From the NCBI GenBank assembly GCA_963761335.1, contig CAVXGR010000021.1, positions 224,001 to 288,000 on the forward strand: a stretch of 64,000 bases of DNA, read 5' to 3'. Position 1 is the first letter of the stretch. Each line of letters begins with the position of its first letter. Position numbers and translations under genes: made by a program. This DNA is from an uncultured delta proteobacterium. Lineage in GTDB: Bacteria > Desulfobacterota > Binatia > HRBIN30 > BPIQ01. A model generated the notes under the pieces. That model was not told the DNA's origin, made no database searches, and was given only the letters and a program-made list of their open reading frames with translations. This document shows, in pieces, positions 8,935 through 19,145 of the stretch.

Positions 8935-9666
8935 TCAGATCGCTGCTGCCAAGCCGTTCCGCTGCAGGCGCGGTCGCGCCTGCTGGTGGGCGCAGTCGTC
9001 CAGCCAGGCGAACCAGCAGCTCATCCCCTGGCCGCTGGAGGCGGACAGCGGCAGCAGCTGCGGTTTTGGCATGAGGCGCGCCAGGGCCGCTTCGACCTCG
9101 CCGATGCAGTAGCCGGGAAGATGGGGCAGCAGATCGATCTTGGTCAGCAGCACGAGATCGGCGCTGCGAAAGATGCCCGGATAGCGCAGCGGCTCGTCCT
9201 CGCCCTGGGTGACCGAGAGGGCCACCACGTTGACGCTCTGCCCGAGGTCGTACTGCGCCGGGCAGATGAGGTTGCCGACGTTCTCGATGAAGAGGAAATC
9301 TGCGTCCTGCCAGGGGCTCTTGCGCAGGGCCCGCTGCACCATCTCGGCGTCGAGGTGGCAGGGAGAGACATGGTGCTCGGTGCTCATCGGAATCCCGGCG
9401 GCGCGCATGCGCTCCTGGTCGCGGCGCGTGGTCGGGGCGCCGGAGATCAGCGACAGACGGCGATCGCCACCCACCGCCCGCGCGGTCGCTTCCAGAAGGC
9501 CCGTCTTCCCCGATCCCGCCGCTCCCATCAGGTTGATGGCGAGAACGCCGTTGCTTTCGAAGCTGCGCCTGTTGTCGATCGCCGTGCCGAAGTCCTGGTC
9601 CTCCGGCTGGCGGGGGGTAGCAAAGGGATCGGTGGAATGGTCCGCGCATCCGCAGGGGAGGGACAT
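8935..9666 (-). CDS. hypB: HypB-family nickel-insertion GTPase (divergent)
   Basis: GAAGSGKT P-loop, CHLDA, ENVGNLICPA and TKID motifs. Confidence 0.85.
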   Translation of the reverse strand: MSLPCGCADHSTDPFATPRQPEDQDFGTAIDNRRSFESNGVLAINLMGAAGSGKTGLLEATARAVGGDRRLSLISGAPTTRRDQERMRAAGIPMSTEHHVSPCHLDAEMVQRALRKSPWQDADFLFIENVGNLICPAQYDLGQSVNVVALSVTQGEDEPLRYPGIFRSADLVLLTKIDLLPHLPGYCIGEVEAALARLMPKPQLLPLSASSGQGMSCWFAWLDDCAHQQARPRLQRNGLAAAI

Positions 9667-9692
9667 GGCAATTCTCCTGGCTGACAGCCCTC

Positions 9693-9708
9693 TTCAACCT
9701 TCGTGCCC
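9693..9708 (-). promoter_or_regulatory. Sigma54-like promoter upstream of hypB
   Basis: Minus strand GGGCACG-aagg-TTGAA (-12 GC changed to GA), placed just upstream of an AGGAG RBS and the ATG. Confidence 0.4.
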
Positions 9709-9870
9709 GCGCCATCGCTGTGTCCTGGGGCGCAGGCCCGCTGCCGCATTCCAATACCTGAGGCCCGGCAACCTGGGGATTTGCAGGAATAGGAGGACCC
9801 CGGGACCGCGGCCATCCTGGCCGCAAACGCCGACCTGCGGAGAGCCGCGGGGTAAGCTCTTGCGACTTCC

Positions 9871-10362
9871 TCAGGCAGGCGAGCCGTCGCCGAAGATCTC
9901 CGCGGCTGGGGGAGCGGTGACCACCAGGACCGGCCGGTCGGTGGACTCGATGACGCGGCGGGTAATGCTGCCCATGAGAATGCGGCGCGCTCCGCGCCGG
10001 CCGATCTTGCCGATGATGATGGCGTCGGCGTGCTCGCGCTTGGCGGCCTCGCAGATGACGGTGGCGGGATCGCCCTCGGCGACTTCCTCGCGGTGCCCCA
10101 CGCCGCGCTCCTCCGCCAGGCGACCCAGGGCTCGCAGCCAGGCCGCGCCCTGCTCCCGCAGGCGCCTGCGGATCTCCTCTTCGCTGCCCAGGGTTTCGGG
10201 TTCGGCGAGATCGGCTCGCACTTGCTGGTCGACGACGTGGAGGAAGAGAACCTCGGCTCCGTGCGCCTGCGCCAGGCGAACGGCATGTTCGGCCGCATGG
10301 CGCGAGAACTCCGAGCCGTCCACGGGAACCAACAACCGGCGCACTCGATACTGACTGGTCAT
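9871..10362 (-). CDS. Universal stress protein (UspA family)
   Basis: LLVPVDGS, LHVV and GxxG...MGSITRRV...PVLVV motifs; coupled to ntpD. Confidence 0.92.
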   Translation of the reverse strand: MTSQYRVRRLLVPVDGSEFSRHAAEHAVRLAQAHGAEVLFLHVVDQQVRADLAEPETLGSEEEIRRRLREQGAAWLRALGRLAEERGVGHREEVAEGDPATVICEAAKREHADAIIIGKIGRRGARRILMGSITRRVIESTDRPVLVVTAPPAAEIFGDGSPA

Positions 10363-10988
10363 CTCGACTCCTCCCGCGCCGCCTTGAGCCGCTTGAGGTG
10401 AAAGAGCTCCTCGCGCTCGCGCTCCTCGAGGGTCGCCTCGATGAAGCGAATGGTATCGCGGTACTCGGGGATGAAGATGTGCTCCAGGGCGTTCACCCGG
10501 CGCTGGGTCTTCTGCAGCTCGGCGCCGGCGCGGCGGCAGGAGACCTCGACCTCGGTGAGGTGGCCGATCTTCTCGAGCAGGGCCCGCACCCGGCGCCGCA
10601 CCTCGGCGGCGGCCGGCGGCGACGAGCTCGGCGCCATCCCGGGTTCCGGCGTCTCGCCGCCCTTGATCTCGACGAGCGGTACGATCACGCCCATGACGCT
10701 GCGCTCGCGCAGCTCCAGCAGCGGCGCGGAGACCTCGCCCAGAGCTTCGATCTCGAGAACCTCGCGGCCGGCCGCGAGCAGGGCGGCGCGATACGCCGCG
10801 TAGATCTCCTGCAGCTCGCTCTCCGCCTCGCTCCGCAGCTGGGCGGCGTCGCGGTGCATGTCGAGGAGCTCCTCGAGCAGCACCTCGCGCTTCTGGTTGA
10901 GGAGATCGTGCCCGGAGCGCACGAAGCCGAACTGCTCGCGGGCACGCAGCAGATTGCTCTTCGTCGGCGCAGTGTCGGTCCGAGGCAT
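10359..10988 (-). CDS. ntpD: V/A-type ATP synthase subunit D
   Basis: PTKSNL, LLNQKRE, KTQRRVNALEH and LEEREREE motifs. Confidence 0.95.
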   Translation of the reverse strand: MPRTDTAPTKSNLLRAREQFGFVRSGHDLLNQKREVLLEELLDMHRDAAQLRSEAESELQEIYAAYRAALLAAGREVLEIEALGEVSAPLLELRERSVMGVIVPLVEIKGGETPEPGMAPSSSPPAAAEVRRRVRALLEKIGHLTEVEVSCRRAGAELQKTQRRVNALEHIFIPEYRDTIRFIEATLEEREREELFHLKRLKAAREESR

Positions 10989-10989
10989 G

Positions 10990-12411
10990 TCACTTGTCTC
11001 GCGGCGGCGGCTCGCCGCCCTGCGGCGGTCGATGGCGCTCGATCAGCTCCCGGCTCAAGCGAGTCAGCTCGGCGTCGGGCAACGGTGCCAGGGCGCTCCA
11101 GCCGAGATCCAGGGTCTCCTCGAAGGTGCGGCTCTGGTGCTCTTCTTGTGCCAGGAACTTCCTCTCGAACTGGGCGCCGAACTGCAGGTAGCGGGCGTCG
11201 ATGTCGGAGAGCTCGCTCTCGCCGATGATGCTCGCCAGACGCTGCACCTCTTTGACGCGCGCGTAGGCGGCGTACATCTGGCTGGAGAGGCGGGAGTGAT
11301 CCGCCCGCGTTCGCTCGGCGCCGATGCCGTCCTCCATCAGGCGCGACAGCGACGGCAGCACGTCCACCGGAGGGTAGACGCCGCGCTGGTGCAGGTCGCG
11401 CGACAGCACGATCTGGCCCTCGGTGATGTAACCGGTCAGATCGGGGATCGGGTGGGTGATGTCGTCGTTTGGCATCGTCAGGATCGGGATCTGGGTGATC
11501 GAGCCGTCGCGATCCTTGACCCGACCGGCGCGCTCGTAGAGCGACGCCAGGTCGCTGTACAGGTAGCCCGGGTAACCCTTGCGGCTCGGCACCTCGCCGT
11601 TGGCGGTGGCGACCTCGCGCAGCGCCTCGCAGTAGTTGGTGATGTCGGTGAGCACCACGAGCACGTGCATACCGAGATCGAAAGCGAGGAACTCGGCGAA
11701 GGTGAGGGCGACTCGAGGTGTGATCAGCCGCTCGATGCTCGGGTCGCTGGCGAGATTCAGGAACAGCGCGCTCCTGCGAAAGGCGCCGCTCTGGCGGAGG
11801 CTGCGGCGGAAGAACTCGGCGACGTCGTGCTTGACGCCGACGGCGGCAAAGACCACGGCGAACTCGACGCCGCTGCTGCCCGCCAGGGTGGCCTGGCGGA
11901 CCACCTGCGCGGCGAGCTGGTCGTGCGGCAGGCCACTGCCCGAGAAGATGGGCAGCTTCTGGCCGCGCACCAGCGTGTTCATGCCGTCGATGCTGGAGAT
12001 GCCCGTCTGGATGCACTCGCGCGGGTAGTCGCGGCGCACCGGGTTCATCGGCTCCCCGTTGACGTCGCGATAAGTGCCGGCGAGAGGCGGCGGGCCGCCG
12101 TCGAGAGGCTGTCCGAGGCCGTCGAAGACGCGCCCGAGCATCTCGCGCGCCACCCCCAGGCGCAGCGGGCGGCCGAGGAAGCGCACCCGCGTGTCCTCGA
12201 CCGACAGCGCCGCGGTGCCTTCGAAGACCTCGACCACGGCCATGTCCTGGTCGATCTCGAGCACTCGCCCGTGCAGGCGCCGGCCGTCGGTGGAGAGCAC
12301 CTCCGCGACCTCGCCGTAGCCGATGCCGCGCACCCCTCGCACGAATATCAGTGGACCGTGCACGCGGTGCAGGCCGCGGTACTCGAGTCCTCGATGAGAA
12401 GGGCCGGCCAT
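10990..12411 (-). CDS. ntpB: V/A-type ATP synthase subunit B
   Basis: [22 protein letters not shown] and [15 protein letters not shown] motifs. Confidence 0.97.
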   Translation of the reverse strand: MAGPSHRGLEYRGLHRVHGPLIFVRGVRGIGYGEVAEVLSTDGRRLHGRVLEIDQDMAVVEVFEGTAALSVEDTRVRFLGRPLRLGVAREMLGRVFDGLGQPLDGGPPPLAGTYRDVNGEPMNPVRRDYPRECIQTGISSIDGMNTLVRGQKLPIFSGSGLPHDQLAAQVVRQATLAGSSGVEFAVVFAAVGVKHDVAEFFRRSLRQSGAFRRSALFLNLASDPSIERLITPRVALTFAEFLAFDLGMHVLVVLTDITNYCEALREVATANGEVPSRKGYPGYLYSDLASLYERAGRVKDRDGSITQIPILTMPNDDITHPIPDLTGYITEGQIVLSRDLHQRGVYPPVDVLPSLSRLMEDGIGAERTRADHSRLSSQMYAAYARVKEVQRLASIIGESELSDIDARYLQFGAQFERKFLAQEEHQSRTFEETLDLGWSALAPLPDAELTRLSRELIERHRPPQGGEPPPRDK

Positions 12412-12414
12412 CTC

Positions 12415-14193
12415 TCACTCTCTCTCCAGCTGCTCCATCTGCGCGTCGACGTCGCGCTGCAGGGCCGCGAACGGCTCGGCGTCGTCGTTGGGGATCTCGA
12501 AGCGCATGCGCGTCAGGGCGATGCGGACGGGTAGCTCCTTGACGCGGTAGACGGGGATCTTCTTCTCGATGATCGACATGCCGCGATCGAAATAGTGAAA
12601 GACGGCGCGCAGCATGCGCATCTGCTTCTCCGGAGTGGTATAGCGGTCGATGTCGTCGAAGGCGTTCTGCTGCAGGAAGGAGTTGCGCAGCAGCCAGGCG
12701 CCTTCCAGCATCATGCGCTCGCGGTCGGGGAGCGACTCCTCTCCGACCAGGCGCGCCACCTGTTGCAGCTTGGCCTCCTCGTTGAGCAGCTCGAGGCCGC
12801 GCTGGCGCAGCGCCTCCCAGTCGCCGAAGCCGTGCTCGCGCCACCAGCTGCCGAGGTCGACTGCGTACTCACTGTAGGAGTCGCGCGGGTTGATCGCCGG
12901 GAAGAATCGGGCGCTGGCGAGCTCCTTGTCGAGCCCCCAGAAGCAGCGCACGAAGCGCTTCGTGTGCTGGGTGACCGGCTCGGTGAAATCGCCGCCGGGG
13001 GGAGATACGGCGCCGATGACGCTCACCGAGCCGGCGGCTCCGGCGAGCGTGGTGACGGCACCGGCGCGCTCGTAGAACTCCGCCAGCCGGGTCGCCAGAT
13101 AGGCGGGGAACCCTTCCTCCGCGGGCATCTCCTCGAGGCGCCCGGAGATCTCGCGCAGCGCCTCCGCCCACCTCGAGGTCGAGTCCGCCATCAGCGCCAC
13201 ATCGTACCCCATGTCGCGGTAGTACTCGGCGATGGTGACGCCGGTGTAGATGGAGGCCTCGCGCGCCGCCACCGGCATGTTGGAGGTGTTGGCGACCAGC
13301 ACGGTGCGCTCCAGCAGGGGGCGGCCGCTGCGCGGATCCTCGATTTGCGGCAGGTCGGTGAGCACTCCGGTCATTTCGTTGCCGCGCTCGCCGCAGCCCA
13401 CGTAGACGATGACCTGGGCGTCGGTCCACTTCGCCAGGTTGTGCTGGGTGACCGTCTTGCCGGTGCCGAACCCTCCGGGAATGGCGGCGGTGCCGCCGCG
13501 CGCCAGCGGGAAGAAGGCGTCGATGATGCGTTGCCCGCTGAGGAGCGGGGTCGTCGGCAGCCGGCGCTCGCGATAGGGGCGCGGCAGGCGCACGGGCCAG
13601 CGATGGAGCATGCTGAGCTCGAGCGACTCTCCTTGGCGGTCGATTCGGGCCACCGGCTGCTCCACCGTGTACTCGCCGGCGTCCGCCACCCAGGTGACTC
13701 TGCCGCGCGTCCCCGGCGGCACGAGAACGCGATGCTCGACGGACTTGGTCTCGGGGACGGTGCCGATCACGGCACCTGGCTCGACGTCGACACCCGCGGA
13801 GATCGAGGGGGTGAACCGCCAGCGTGTCTCCCGCTCGAGAGGCGCAATGCTGATGCCGCGGCCGATGAAGTCGCCGCTGCGCGCTGCCAGCGCCTCGAGC
13901 GGTCTCTGCACGCCGTCGAAGATGCGGCCGAGGAGACCGGGGCCGAGCTCGACGTGCAACGGCAGCCCCGAGGCGTACACCGGCGCGCCGGGCTTGATCC
14001 CGGTGGTGTCCTCGTACACCTGCACGGTCACCTCCTGCTCCAGAAGCGAGATGACCTCGCCCACCAGCCGTTCCTCTCCCACCCAGAGGAGCTCCGCCAT
14101 GCCGATCGGCTGCTCGGCGCGCACGCGCACGACCGGGCCGTTGATCGAGGCGACCGTGCCGCTGAAGCCGGCGCTTTTCTCTGGATCGCTCAC
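12415..14193 (-). CDS. ntpA: V/A-type ATP synthase subunit A
   Basis: GGFGTGKT Walker [10 protein letters not shown] and [13 protein letters not shown] motifs. Confidence 0.97.
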   Translation of the reverse strand: MSDPEKSAGFSGTVASINGPVVRVRAEQPIGMAELLWVGEERLVGEVISLLEQEVTVQVYEDTTGIKPGAPVYASGLPLHVELGPGLLGRIFDGVQRPLEALAARSGDFIGRGISIAPLERETRWRFTPSISAGVDVEPGAVIGTVPETKSVEHRVLVPPGTRGRVTWVADAGEYTVEQPVARIDRQGESLELSMLHRWPVRLPRPYRERRLPTTPLLSGQRIIDAFFPLARGGTAAIPGGFGTGKTVTQHNLAKWTDAQVIVYVGCGERGNEMTGVLTDLPQIEDPRSGRPLLERTVLVANTSNMPVAAREASIYTGVTIAEYYRDMGYDVALMADSTSRWAEALREISGRLEEMPAEEGFPAYLATRLAEFYERAGAVTTLAGAAGSVSVIGAVSPPGGDFTEPVTQHTKRFVRCFWGLDKELASARFFPAINPRDSYSEYAVDLGSWWREHGFGDWEALRQRGLELLNEEAKLQQVARLVGEESLPDRERMMLEGAWLLRNSFLQQNAFDDIDRYTTPEKQMRMLRAVFHYFDRGMSIIEKKIPVYRVKELPVRIALTRMRFEIPNDDAEPFAALQRDVDAQMEQLERE

Positions 14194-14834
14194 GGTGCCT
14201 GCCCTTCGTCCTCATCCTCGATATGGAGAGTCTGCGCCGCCATCCAGCGCACCTGATTGCGGCGGCGCTCCAGGCGCGCCGCGAAGGAGTTGTCGAGCCG
14301 CAGCCGCCCATCCTCGGTGGCCAGGATGACGCCGCCACCGGGGATGGTGTCGGTCTCGACCCGCAGTTTCCAGCCGCCCTGCTCGAGGTCGCGGCGGTGG
14401 GTCTCGTCGAGGGCGGCGTCGCCGCGTGCCGAGAGCCGCACTCGCACGGCGCCCGGGGGAAACAGCGGCAGCCCCTGGCGCACCAGTGCGGCGAGTGTCT
14501 CCGCCGCCGAAGGCGCGCTTTCAAGCTCCTCCAGGCGCTCGCCGGCGCGCTGCAGAACCGTTTCCAACAGAGCATCGCGCGCCTGCAGCACCAGCACGCG
14601 ACCTTCGGCGTCGGCCACCGCTTCCAGCTCCGCGGCGCGCCGCCGGCCACGTTCCTCGCCCTGTCGCTGCGCCGCCTGGCGGAGCGCTTCGGCCTGGGCG
14701 CGCGCGGCGTCGCCGATGCGCTTCGCACGCTCGCGGCCCTCAGTGGCGACCTCCGCCACCTCGGCATCGCTCTGCGCGCCAATGAGGCGGACGAGGGTGT
14801 CAGCGGTCCAGAGCGTTCCTTCCATCGTCTCCAC
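14190..14834 (-). CDS. ntpE: V/A-type ATP synthase subunit E
   Basis: N-terminal coiled coil, GGVIL...DNSFAARL C-terminus, operon position. Confidence 0.88.
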   Translation of the reverse strand: METMEGTLWTADTLVRLIGAQSDAEVAEVATEGRERAKRIGDAARAQAEALRQAAQRQGEERGRRRAAELEAVADAEGRVLVLQARDALLETVLQRAGERLEELESAPSAAETLAALVRQGLPLFPPGAVRVRLSARGDAALDETHRRDLEQGGWKLRVETDTIPGGGVILATEDGRLRLDNSFAARLERRRNQVRWMAAQTLHIEDEDEGQAP

Positions 14835-15164
14835 CTAGCTGGACAGGCCGAGGACGCGGCGCACGAACTTCTCGGCGCCGGCCTCTCCCCCGGCCTCGCC
14901 GAAGCCGGGAATCTCCAGGATCAGGGGCGCCTCTGGGTCGAGGATCAGCTCGGCGAGGAGATCGCGGATCAGGCGGGCGACACCGCTGGTGATCAGCAGC
15001 AGCGACGGTTGGCGCGCCATGCCGCCGGCGCCGGCAATCTCCTGCCGGTGCCGTTCGAGGGCGGCGCGCGCCGCCCCGGCGTCGGTCGCAACTTCTCCGG
15101 GAATGCCGCCGAGCGACAGGGCCAGGACGGTGTCGCGGTCGCCGATGAGCTGCAGCGGGTTCAT
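14835..15164 (-). CDS. ntpF: V/A-type ATP synthase subunit F
   Basis: IGDRDTV...LGGI and PLILEIPG motifs; ATG overlaps the ntpK stop. Confidence 0.88.
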   Translation of the reverse strand: MNPLQLIGDRDTVLALSLGGIPGEVATDAGAARAALERHRQEIAGAGGMARQPSLLLITSGVARLIRDLLAELILDPEAPLILEIPGFGEAGGEAGAEKFVRRVLGLSS

Positions 15165-15574
15165 CCGAGTCGCGCCAGGATCATGATCGAGATGATCAGT
15201 CCGTAGATGGCGATGCCCTCGGCGAGGCCGACGAAGATCAGGGCGCGACCGGCGATCTCCGGCCTCTCCCCCATGACCCCGAGTGCGGCGGAACCGACGT
15301 GACCGACGGCATACGCCGCGCCCAGCGCGCCGATCGCCGTGCTTATCGCGGCCGCCATGAAGCCCCACATGCGCACGTCCGCGGGAACTGCCGATGTCGC
15401 CGCCGCCGCGGCTGCCGCCGCCGGCTCGGCGGCGGCCAGTGGTCCGGCGATCGCCAGCAACAACGCCACCACGGCGAGACCGGCGAGACCGAGATTGACG
15501 CCGAGGAGCCAGCGCACAGATCGCCTACCTTTTCTCGCCGGAGTGACCGGCGTCGCCGATGTGGATGACCTCAT
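15161..15574 (-). CDS. ntpK: V/A-type ATP synthase proteolipid subunit K (c)
   Basis: ERPE loop and FVGLAEGIAIYG with the ion-binding Glu; extra N-terminal hydrophobic segment. Confidence 0.93.
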   Translation of the reverse strand: MRSSTSATPVTPARKGRRSVRWLLGVNLGLAGLAVVALLLAIAGPLAAAEPAAAAAAAATSAVPADVRMWGFMAAAISTAIGALGAAYAVGHVGSAALGVMGERPEIAGRALIFVGLAEGIAIYGLIISIMILARLG

Positions 15575-15591
15575 GATTTCACCTCCTTCGT

Positions 15592-17583
15592 CTACGGCCG
15601 CACGGGAGTCGCCGCGCCGAAGGCGAAGGGCCGATACTCCTGGCCGCCGCCGCCGTAGAACTTGCTGAAGAACTCGTAGTACTCGAGCCGCACGGTCTGG
15701 ATCGCCACGATCAGTCCTTCGAGGCCGATGATGACGATGTTGCCCGCGGCGATCACCAGAATGGCGCCGACGCTGCCGGTGAGGCTGTCCGAGCGCACGG
15801 CGTCGGCGACGCTGAAGGTGGCCAGGAAGAGCCCGGCGTGGCTCAGCGCGAAGGCCGCGAGACGGATGAAGGTCGCCGTGTTGGAGATGGCGCTCATCAT
15901 CGTGTCGAGGGTGTCCACCAGTGACTCGACCGCTATCGCTATCACCTCACCGGCGGCCGGCCAGCGGCGTTCGCGGATGGCCGCGGCAATCATCCGCACC
16001 GGCTCCTTGAGCAGGATGAGACTGATCGGTACCGCCAGCCACAGCAGCGCCCTACCCAGCGGCAGCGCCCCGGCACCGCCGGTCTCCCAGCGGATGAGCA
16101 GACCCACCGCCGTCCAGTAGAGCAGTGCCGCCAGCAGGCCGTTGCGTTCCCACAAGGCGGCCGCGTCGCGCCGCCGAGCGGCGTTGATCAGGTTCAGAAT
16201 CAGCCCGAGGCTCAACAGCCCGATGCCGAAAGCGATTGCCGTCTTTACCAGCGTGCCGATGTCGTCCATGGGACGAAGCCAGAGTGCCGGCAACAGCTGC
16301 TCGGAGCCGAAGACGCTGCCGTAGAGAAATCCGAAGGCGGTGGCGAAGACGCCGCACTCCATGAGGATCACGGCGTAGTCGCGGTGGCGAAACATGCGGC
16401 GATAGATGAAGTAGCCGGCGGCGAAGAGCACCAGCCCCTGGCCGACGTCGCCGAACATGAAGCCGAACATCGTCAGAAAGGACAGAGCCACGATCGCCGT
16501 CGGCTCGATCTCGCCGTAACGGGGCAGGCCGTAGTTGCGCACCAAGCCTTCGAAGGGGCGCACCAGCGCCGGGTTGCGGAAGAGGATCGGCACCGGCACG
16601 CGCTCGTTGCGCACTGCCTCCAGCTGATTGGCGTCCTTCCACTCGATCATGCAGCGGTCGCCGCTGGTGTGGCGAACGGCCTGCTCCAGCGCCGCCGAGA
16701 GCACTGCGGGCACCCAGCCGGTGATCAGCGCGGTGCGCTCGGAGCGTCCCATGCGCCCGCAGGCCTGGAGCAGAAGCCGCTCGCGATCCACGGCGTGCCA
16801 GAGCTCTCGCAGCTCGGTGCCGAGGCGCGCTGCCAGGGCCGCCTGTGCGGCGGTGACGCGACGCTGCCCCGCAGCGGCCTCCTCCTGGCGCTGGCGGAGC
16901 TGTGCAGTGATCGCTTCGCCATCGCCGCGGAGCTGCGCCGGGACGTCGACGGGCTCGAGCTGGGCGCTGCGCAGGGCGCGTTCCAGAACCTCTCTCTGAG
17001 CCCGAAGGCAGACGGCGGCGATCAGCACGCGCCCGTCGGCGCGCACCGGCCCGGCCGGGGTGATCACGTGCGGCACGGAAGCGAGACTCTCGTCGAGGCG
17101 GGCGCGGTTCCGCTGCGGCAGAAGTCCGATGAGGACCGAGACGTAGCGCAGATGCCGCAGCTGGTCGAGCGGCAGTCCCGGGGCCAGAGCCTCGACGTGC
17201 TCGCGGAGGTTCTCGATCTGGGTTCTCTCTTCGGCCAACGAGCCGCTCTCCCGGCGCAGGGCCTCGATCTCGGTGGCGATCTCTGCCGCGCGTCTCTCGG
17301 TCTGATCTACGTCCAGGTGGGCTTGCGGCTCGGGCGCCGTCTCCGGCCCCGAGACCTCGATGCCGAGGAAGCGCAGGGACAGCTCGAGCGAGCGCAGCAG
17401 GGATTCGAGGCGTGTCAGGCGATCGCCGATGTCGTAGGGCTGAATCGCCGGCAGAGGATCCGCCGGGGTGCGGACGTCGAGAATATGCAGCACCCCCACC
17501 CGAGCGATCGCCCGGCTGACCGCCTCCAGGTCGCCGGCGAGCACGGCCACGGAGAGATGGCGCATGGGCTCGGGAGTCAGCAC
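15592..17583 (-). CDS. ntpI: V/A-type ATP synthase subunit I (a)
   Basis: FGFMFGDVGQG, SNTATFIRLAAFALSH and RLEYYEFFSKFY motifs. Confidence 0.95.
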   Translation of the reverse strand: MLTPEPMRHLSVAVLAGDLEAVSRAIARVGVLHILDVRTPADPLPAIQPYDIGDRLTRLESLLRSLELSLRFLGIEVSGPETAPEPQAHLDVDQTERRAAEIATEIEALRRESGSLAEERTQIENLREHVEALAPGLPLDQLRHLRYVSVLIGLLPQRNRARLDESLASVPHVITPAGPVRADGRVLIAAVCLRAQREVLERALRSAQLEPVDVPAQLRGDGEAITAQLRQRQEEAAAGQRRVTAAQAALAARLGTELRELWHAVDRERLLLQACGRMGRSERTALITGWVPAVLSAALEQAVRHTSGDRCMIEWKDANQLEAVRNERVPVPILFRNPALVRPFEGLVRNYGLPRYGEIEPTAIVALSFLTMFGFMFGDVGQGLVLFAAGYFIYRRMFRHRDYAVILMECGVFATAFGFLYGSVFGSEQLLPALWLRPMDDIGTLVKTAIAFGIGLLSLGLILNLINAARRRDAAALWERNGLLAALLYWTAVGLLIRWETGGAGALPLGRALLWLAVPISLILLKEPVRMIAAAIRERRWPAAGEVIAIAVESLVDTLDTMMSAISNTATFIRLAAFALSHAGLFLATFSVADAVRSDSLTGSVGAILVIAAGNIVIIGLEGLIVAIQTVRLEYYEFFSKFYGGGGQEYRPFAFGAATPVRP

Positions 17584-17595
17584 GCCAGCTCCTGC

Positions 17596-18618
17596 TCACG
17601 GCCGCCCGCTGGCGACCTGGTCGAGCGCCTCGCCGGCGGCCACGCCGATGCTCTTGGCGGCGAGCAGCACGCGCAGGTCGCGAATCTCGATCTCCTGTGC
17701 CAGCAGGAAAGCGAGCGGGACGCCGATGTGAAACGGATACTGCGCCAGCATTCGCTGAGTCTCGCGCGCCAGAAAGCGCCACAGGGCGGAGGCGGCGGTC
17801 TCGAAGCGGTCGCTCTCGGCGAGCGATGCCAGAGGGGCGTACGGGGTCCGCTCCAGAGCCGACCAACGGTGCGGAGTGCGGGCCAACTCGGCGCGGATCT
17901 CGGCGGAGATCCATCTGCCCTGCCGCACGGTGTAGTTGAGCACTTCTTCCGGCGCCAGCCCGAGCACGTCGCGGTAGCGCGCTATCCACGACAGGTTGAT
18001 CAGATCGAGGAGAATACCGAGGAGATGCCGGGCTCGGACGCGATCCTCCGCCTGCAGGGATTCGATCGCCGCCCAGAGGCGATCCCAGTAGTCGAGCTCG
18101 AGCGCCACCTCCAGCGCGAATGGTCCGGCGCTCTCCAGGCGGTGCATGGAGATGCGCAGGGAGTCGGCATAGGGAGTGTCACCGAGGCGGCGCTGCAGGT
18201 CGCGCAGGTCGGCGGCGTCGAGAAGAGAACGGGCGGCCACCGTGGCGATTGCCGGGGGCGTGTGCAGCCGTCCGGCAACTGTCTCCGGCGCCAATCGCCG
18301 GTAGACGGCGCGGATGACGACGAGCAGGTCGTCGACCTCGTGGTGGAGGAGGTACAGGTGCAGAAGCCGGCGCTCGGGGCCCTCGAGGGTCTCGAGCACC
18401 AGGCGCCCCACCTGAAACAGCCGGTAGAGGAGGGCGGCACCGGGAACCGCGGCCGTAGCCACTCCGGTCGGGTAGGGGGTGCGACCGAGGGCCTCCCACA
18501 TCGCCTCGGGGGAGGGATGGCTGTAGAGGGCTTCCAGCGCCGCGCGGCCGAGGAGCGCGGAGAGCAGGGCGCGCACGCGGGCATTGGCGACCGCATAGCG
18601 GCGCAGATCACCGCGCAT
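17596..18618 (-). CDS. ntpC: V/A-type ATP synthase subunit C (d)
   Basis: YAVANARVRA N-terminus, DLINL and EIRDL motifs; start placed at ATG 18618. Confidence 0.88.
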   Translation of the reverse strand: MRGDLRRYAVANARVRALLSALLGRAALEALYSHPSPEAMWEALGRTPYPTGVATAAVPGAALLYRLFQVGRLVLETLEGPERRLLHLYLLHHEVDDLLVVIRAVYRRLAPETVAGRLHTPPAIATVAARSLLDAADLRDLQRRLGDTPYADSLRISMHRLESAGPFALEVALELDYWDRLWAAIESLQAEDRVRARHLLGILLDLINLSWIARYRDVLGLAPEEVLNYTVRQGRWISAEIRAELARTPHRWSALERTPYAPLASLAESDRFETAASALWRFLARETQRMLAQYPFHIGVPLAFLLAQEIEIRDLRVLLAAKSIGVAAGEALDQVASGRP

Positions 18619-18937
18619 CGTCTTCCTCCGGAGAGAGGATGCACTGCACCACCGCCTCGACGGCGGCGTCGATGTGCGGCTCGGCGCGGGTGCGAATGTC
18701 CGCCGCCCGCCGGCGCGCCTCGGCGAGAGCCCGCTCGGCACGCGTTTGCGCCTCGGCGGCGAGGCGTTCCTCCACGGCGCGCGCCAGCTTCTCTTGGGAG
18801 GCGCGCGCCGTGGCGATCAGACGGGACGCCTCGGTCTCAGCCTCGCGGACCAGCTGCTCGCGTTGATCCTCGGCGGCCTTGTATTGCTGGCGCGCCTCTG
18901 CCTCGGCGGCCAGGATCGTCTGTAGCTGTTGCAGCAC
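18608..18937 (-). CDS. V/A-type ATP synthase peripheral stalk subunit H/G
   Basis: 109-aa Ala/Glu/Arg coiled coil, first gene of the operon, GAGGAG RBS. Confidence 0.8.
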   Translation of the reverse strand: MLQQLQTILAAEAEARQQYKAAEDQREQLVREAETEASRLIATARASQEKLARAVEERLAAEAQTRAERALAEARRRAADIRTRAEPHIDAAVEAVVQCILSPEEDDAR

Positions 18938-18971
18938 GGCTCACAGGCTCCTCGCCTGGATACTTCCGCTC

Positions 18972-18987
18972 TGCAAGGAACGTGCGC
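18972..18987 (-). promoter_or_regulatory. Sigma54-like motif upstream of the V-ATPase operon
   Basis: Minus strand GCGCACG-ttcc-TTGCA (-24 GG changed to CG), 35 bp upstream of the first gene. Confidence 0.4.
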
Positions 18988-19093
18988 ACGCCTCCCGCGG
19001 ATGAGAGTGTCGATTTTCTCAGCGGCATTCTCGATCGCGTCGTTCCGGATGGTGATCCCTCTCCCAGCCTCGGGAGGGCGAAGTCACCGGGGG

Positions 19094-19131
19094 GACGGTA
19101 TGAGGACCGGGGATGAGAATGGAGAATGAGG
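19094..19131. repeat. Partial copy of the GATGAGAA inverted-repeat element
   Basis: gacggtatgaggaccggggatgagaatggagaatgag matches the right arm of the copies at 31586, 34231 and 37653. Confidence 0.65.
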
Positions 19132-19145
19132 AGGCTCAGACCCCC

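Noticed and set aside
16384..19116. 910-aa plus-strand ORF and similar long ORFs (10685-12844, 40756-43173, 42926-46294, 54019-56142, 56266-58344)
   Set aside because: Antisense or off-frame shadows of well-supported genes, expected at high GC; no recognisable motifs
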